Shown here: piece after piece, positions 18,928 to 20,000 of the stretch
How the letters are laid out: each line of letters begins with the position of its first letter
How positions within the stretch are numbered: position 1 is the first letter of the stretch
DNA from: Chiloscyllium plagiosum
Taxonomy: Eukaryota
DNA: 20,000 bases
Direction of reading: 5' to 3'
NCBI RefSeq assembly: GCF_004010195.1
Contig: NC_057749.1
Location: 21,329,853-21,349,852, forward strand
The notes under the pieces: model-generated
The model's input: the letters and a program-made list of their open reading frames with translations, nothing else
Databases searched by the model: none
Told to the model about the DNA's origin: nothing
Made by a program: the position numbers and the translations under genes

Positions 18928-19694
18928 GAGGTTCAAGACTGTTCTACCATTGAGTTAGATCATGGATAATCTGTCTCTTAACTCCATTTACCTGTCCTTC
19001 ATGCCGCTTGACCAGCAAAAGTCTATCACTCTCAGGTTTAGCATTTCCGATTGAACTGCTGATCTCAGTCACTTTTTCAGGAAAAGATTCCCTATTTCAA
19101 TTCAGCTTTACAAAGAGGATATTACTTCTGACAGCCTTCTGACGATTTTTAACCCCACCGTTCAAAACTCACCCAACTGTAATTCCACCCATTCAAGTCC
19201 TTTAATCACCTTCGGCGCAGTAAAAGGTCTCGCCTTAAAAGATCTCCTGAAAGGCAAGCAAATGCAGTCTCTGTAGTCTGCCCTCCCCATTTAAAGCCAT
19301 TGAAGGGAAACTTACATGAGCTCAGAGGGTGGTTACTCCCACCCGGGCTACAGGGGATGTGTGTGAAACAGTGAAATCGTCAGGCCCAGTGCTTCAGGTT
19401 CAGTTTGTAAAATTTGAAAAAAATGGAAGATTCCCCCAAATCAAAGTATACCTACGTACCGGGCCCTCAAGTGGTTTCAGTACAGCAGCAGCAGGTACTG
19501 AGGAGAGATCTCCTCGGCTCTGAGGTGAGCAAGCTGAGTTGGATCTTGTGGATCAGAACGGCCAAGCCCGGGGGAGACCTAACTGCAGAGGGCAAGCCCA
19601 GTAACGCTGGGAAACACATATCCTGGACCTCCACTTCGCAGTGTAAGAAACCAGTTACACCAGCATAGGAGCACATTTCTACAGCTGCTGGAAT

Positions 19695-20000
19695 GGCACG
19701 GTGGCTCGGTGGTTAGCACTGCTGCCTCAGAGCACCAGGGTCCCAGGTTCAATTCCAGCCTCGGGCGACTGACTGTGTGGAGTTTGCACGTTCTCCCCGT
19801 GTCTGCGAGGGTTTCTTCCGGATGCTCCGGTTTCCTCCCACAGTCCAAAGATGTGCAGGCCAGATGAATTGGCCATGCTAAATTGCCATAGTATTCGGAG
19901 CATTAGTCAGAAGGAAATGGGACTGGGTGGGTTATTCTTCGGAGGGTCGGTGTGGACTTGTTGGGCCGAAGGGCCTGTTTCCACACTGTAGGGAATCTAA
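19695..20000 (+). mobile_element. HE1-like SINE, essentially full length, ending at the window edge
   Basis: A and B boxes, core, and tail gggcctgtttccacactgtag. Confidence 0.92.

Noticed and set aside
19300..19680. Possible exon or short ORFs in unique sequence
   Set aside because: No consistent splice-site pair with a recognisable peptide.
628..19848. Recurrent similar ORFs (VAQWLALLP..., CCWKSAAGQAAS...) as a gene family
   Set aside because: They are translations of HE1 SINE and PLE-terminus copies.

Overview
Repeat-dense vertebrate genomic DNA, most likely from a shark (inferred from HE1-type SINEs and the repeat families present). One host gene is supported: the 5' end of an SLC28A1/A2-like concentrative nucleoside transporter on the minus strand. 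It has three frame-compatible exons (4133-4204, 3959-4035, 83-174), a 97-nt GC-AG intron, a speculative upstream exon near 15820 and HNF4-type motifs near 16.6-16.8 kb. The rest is nested mobile-element debris: 7 HE1-like SINEs (all on +), two other tRNA-derived SINE families, many CR1 and other LINE fragments, one Tx1/L1 3' end with a TSD, and about 10 Penelope-like (PLE) pieces. The most interesting signal is a set of short, largely non-coding PLE-terminus elements from three families. Each recognisable copy carries a minimal hammerhead-ribozyme-like motif (CUGANGA-stem II-GAAA-NN-UH) whose stems differ but still pair across families. Several are foldback palindromes with a one-sided tail and 8-15 bp target-site duplications. 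Almost all ORFs in the supplied track are spurious or repeat-derived. All family names come from recognition, not database searches.
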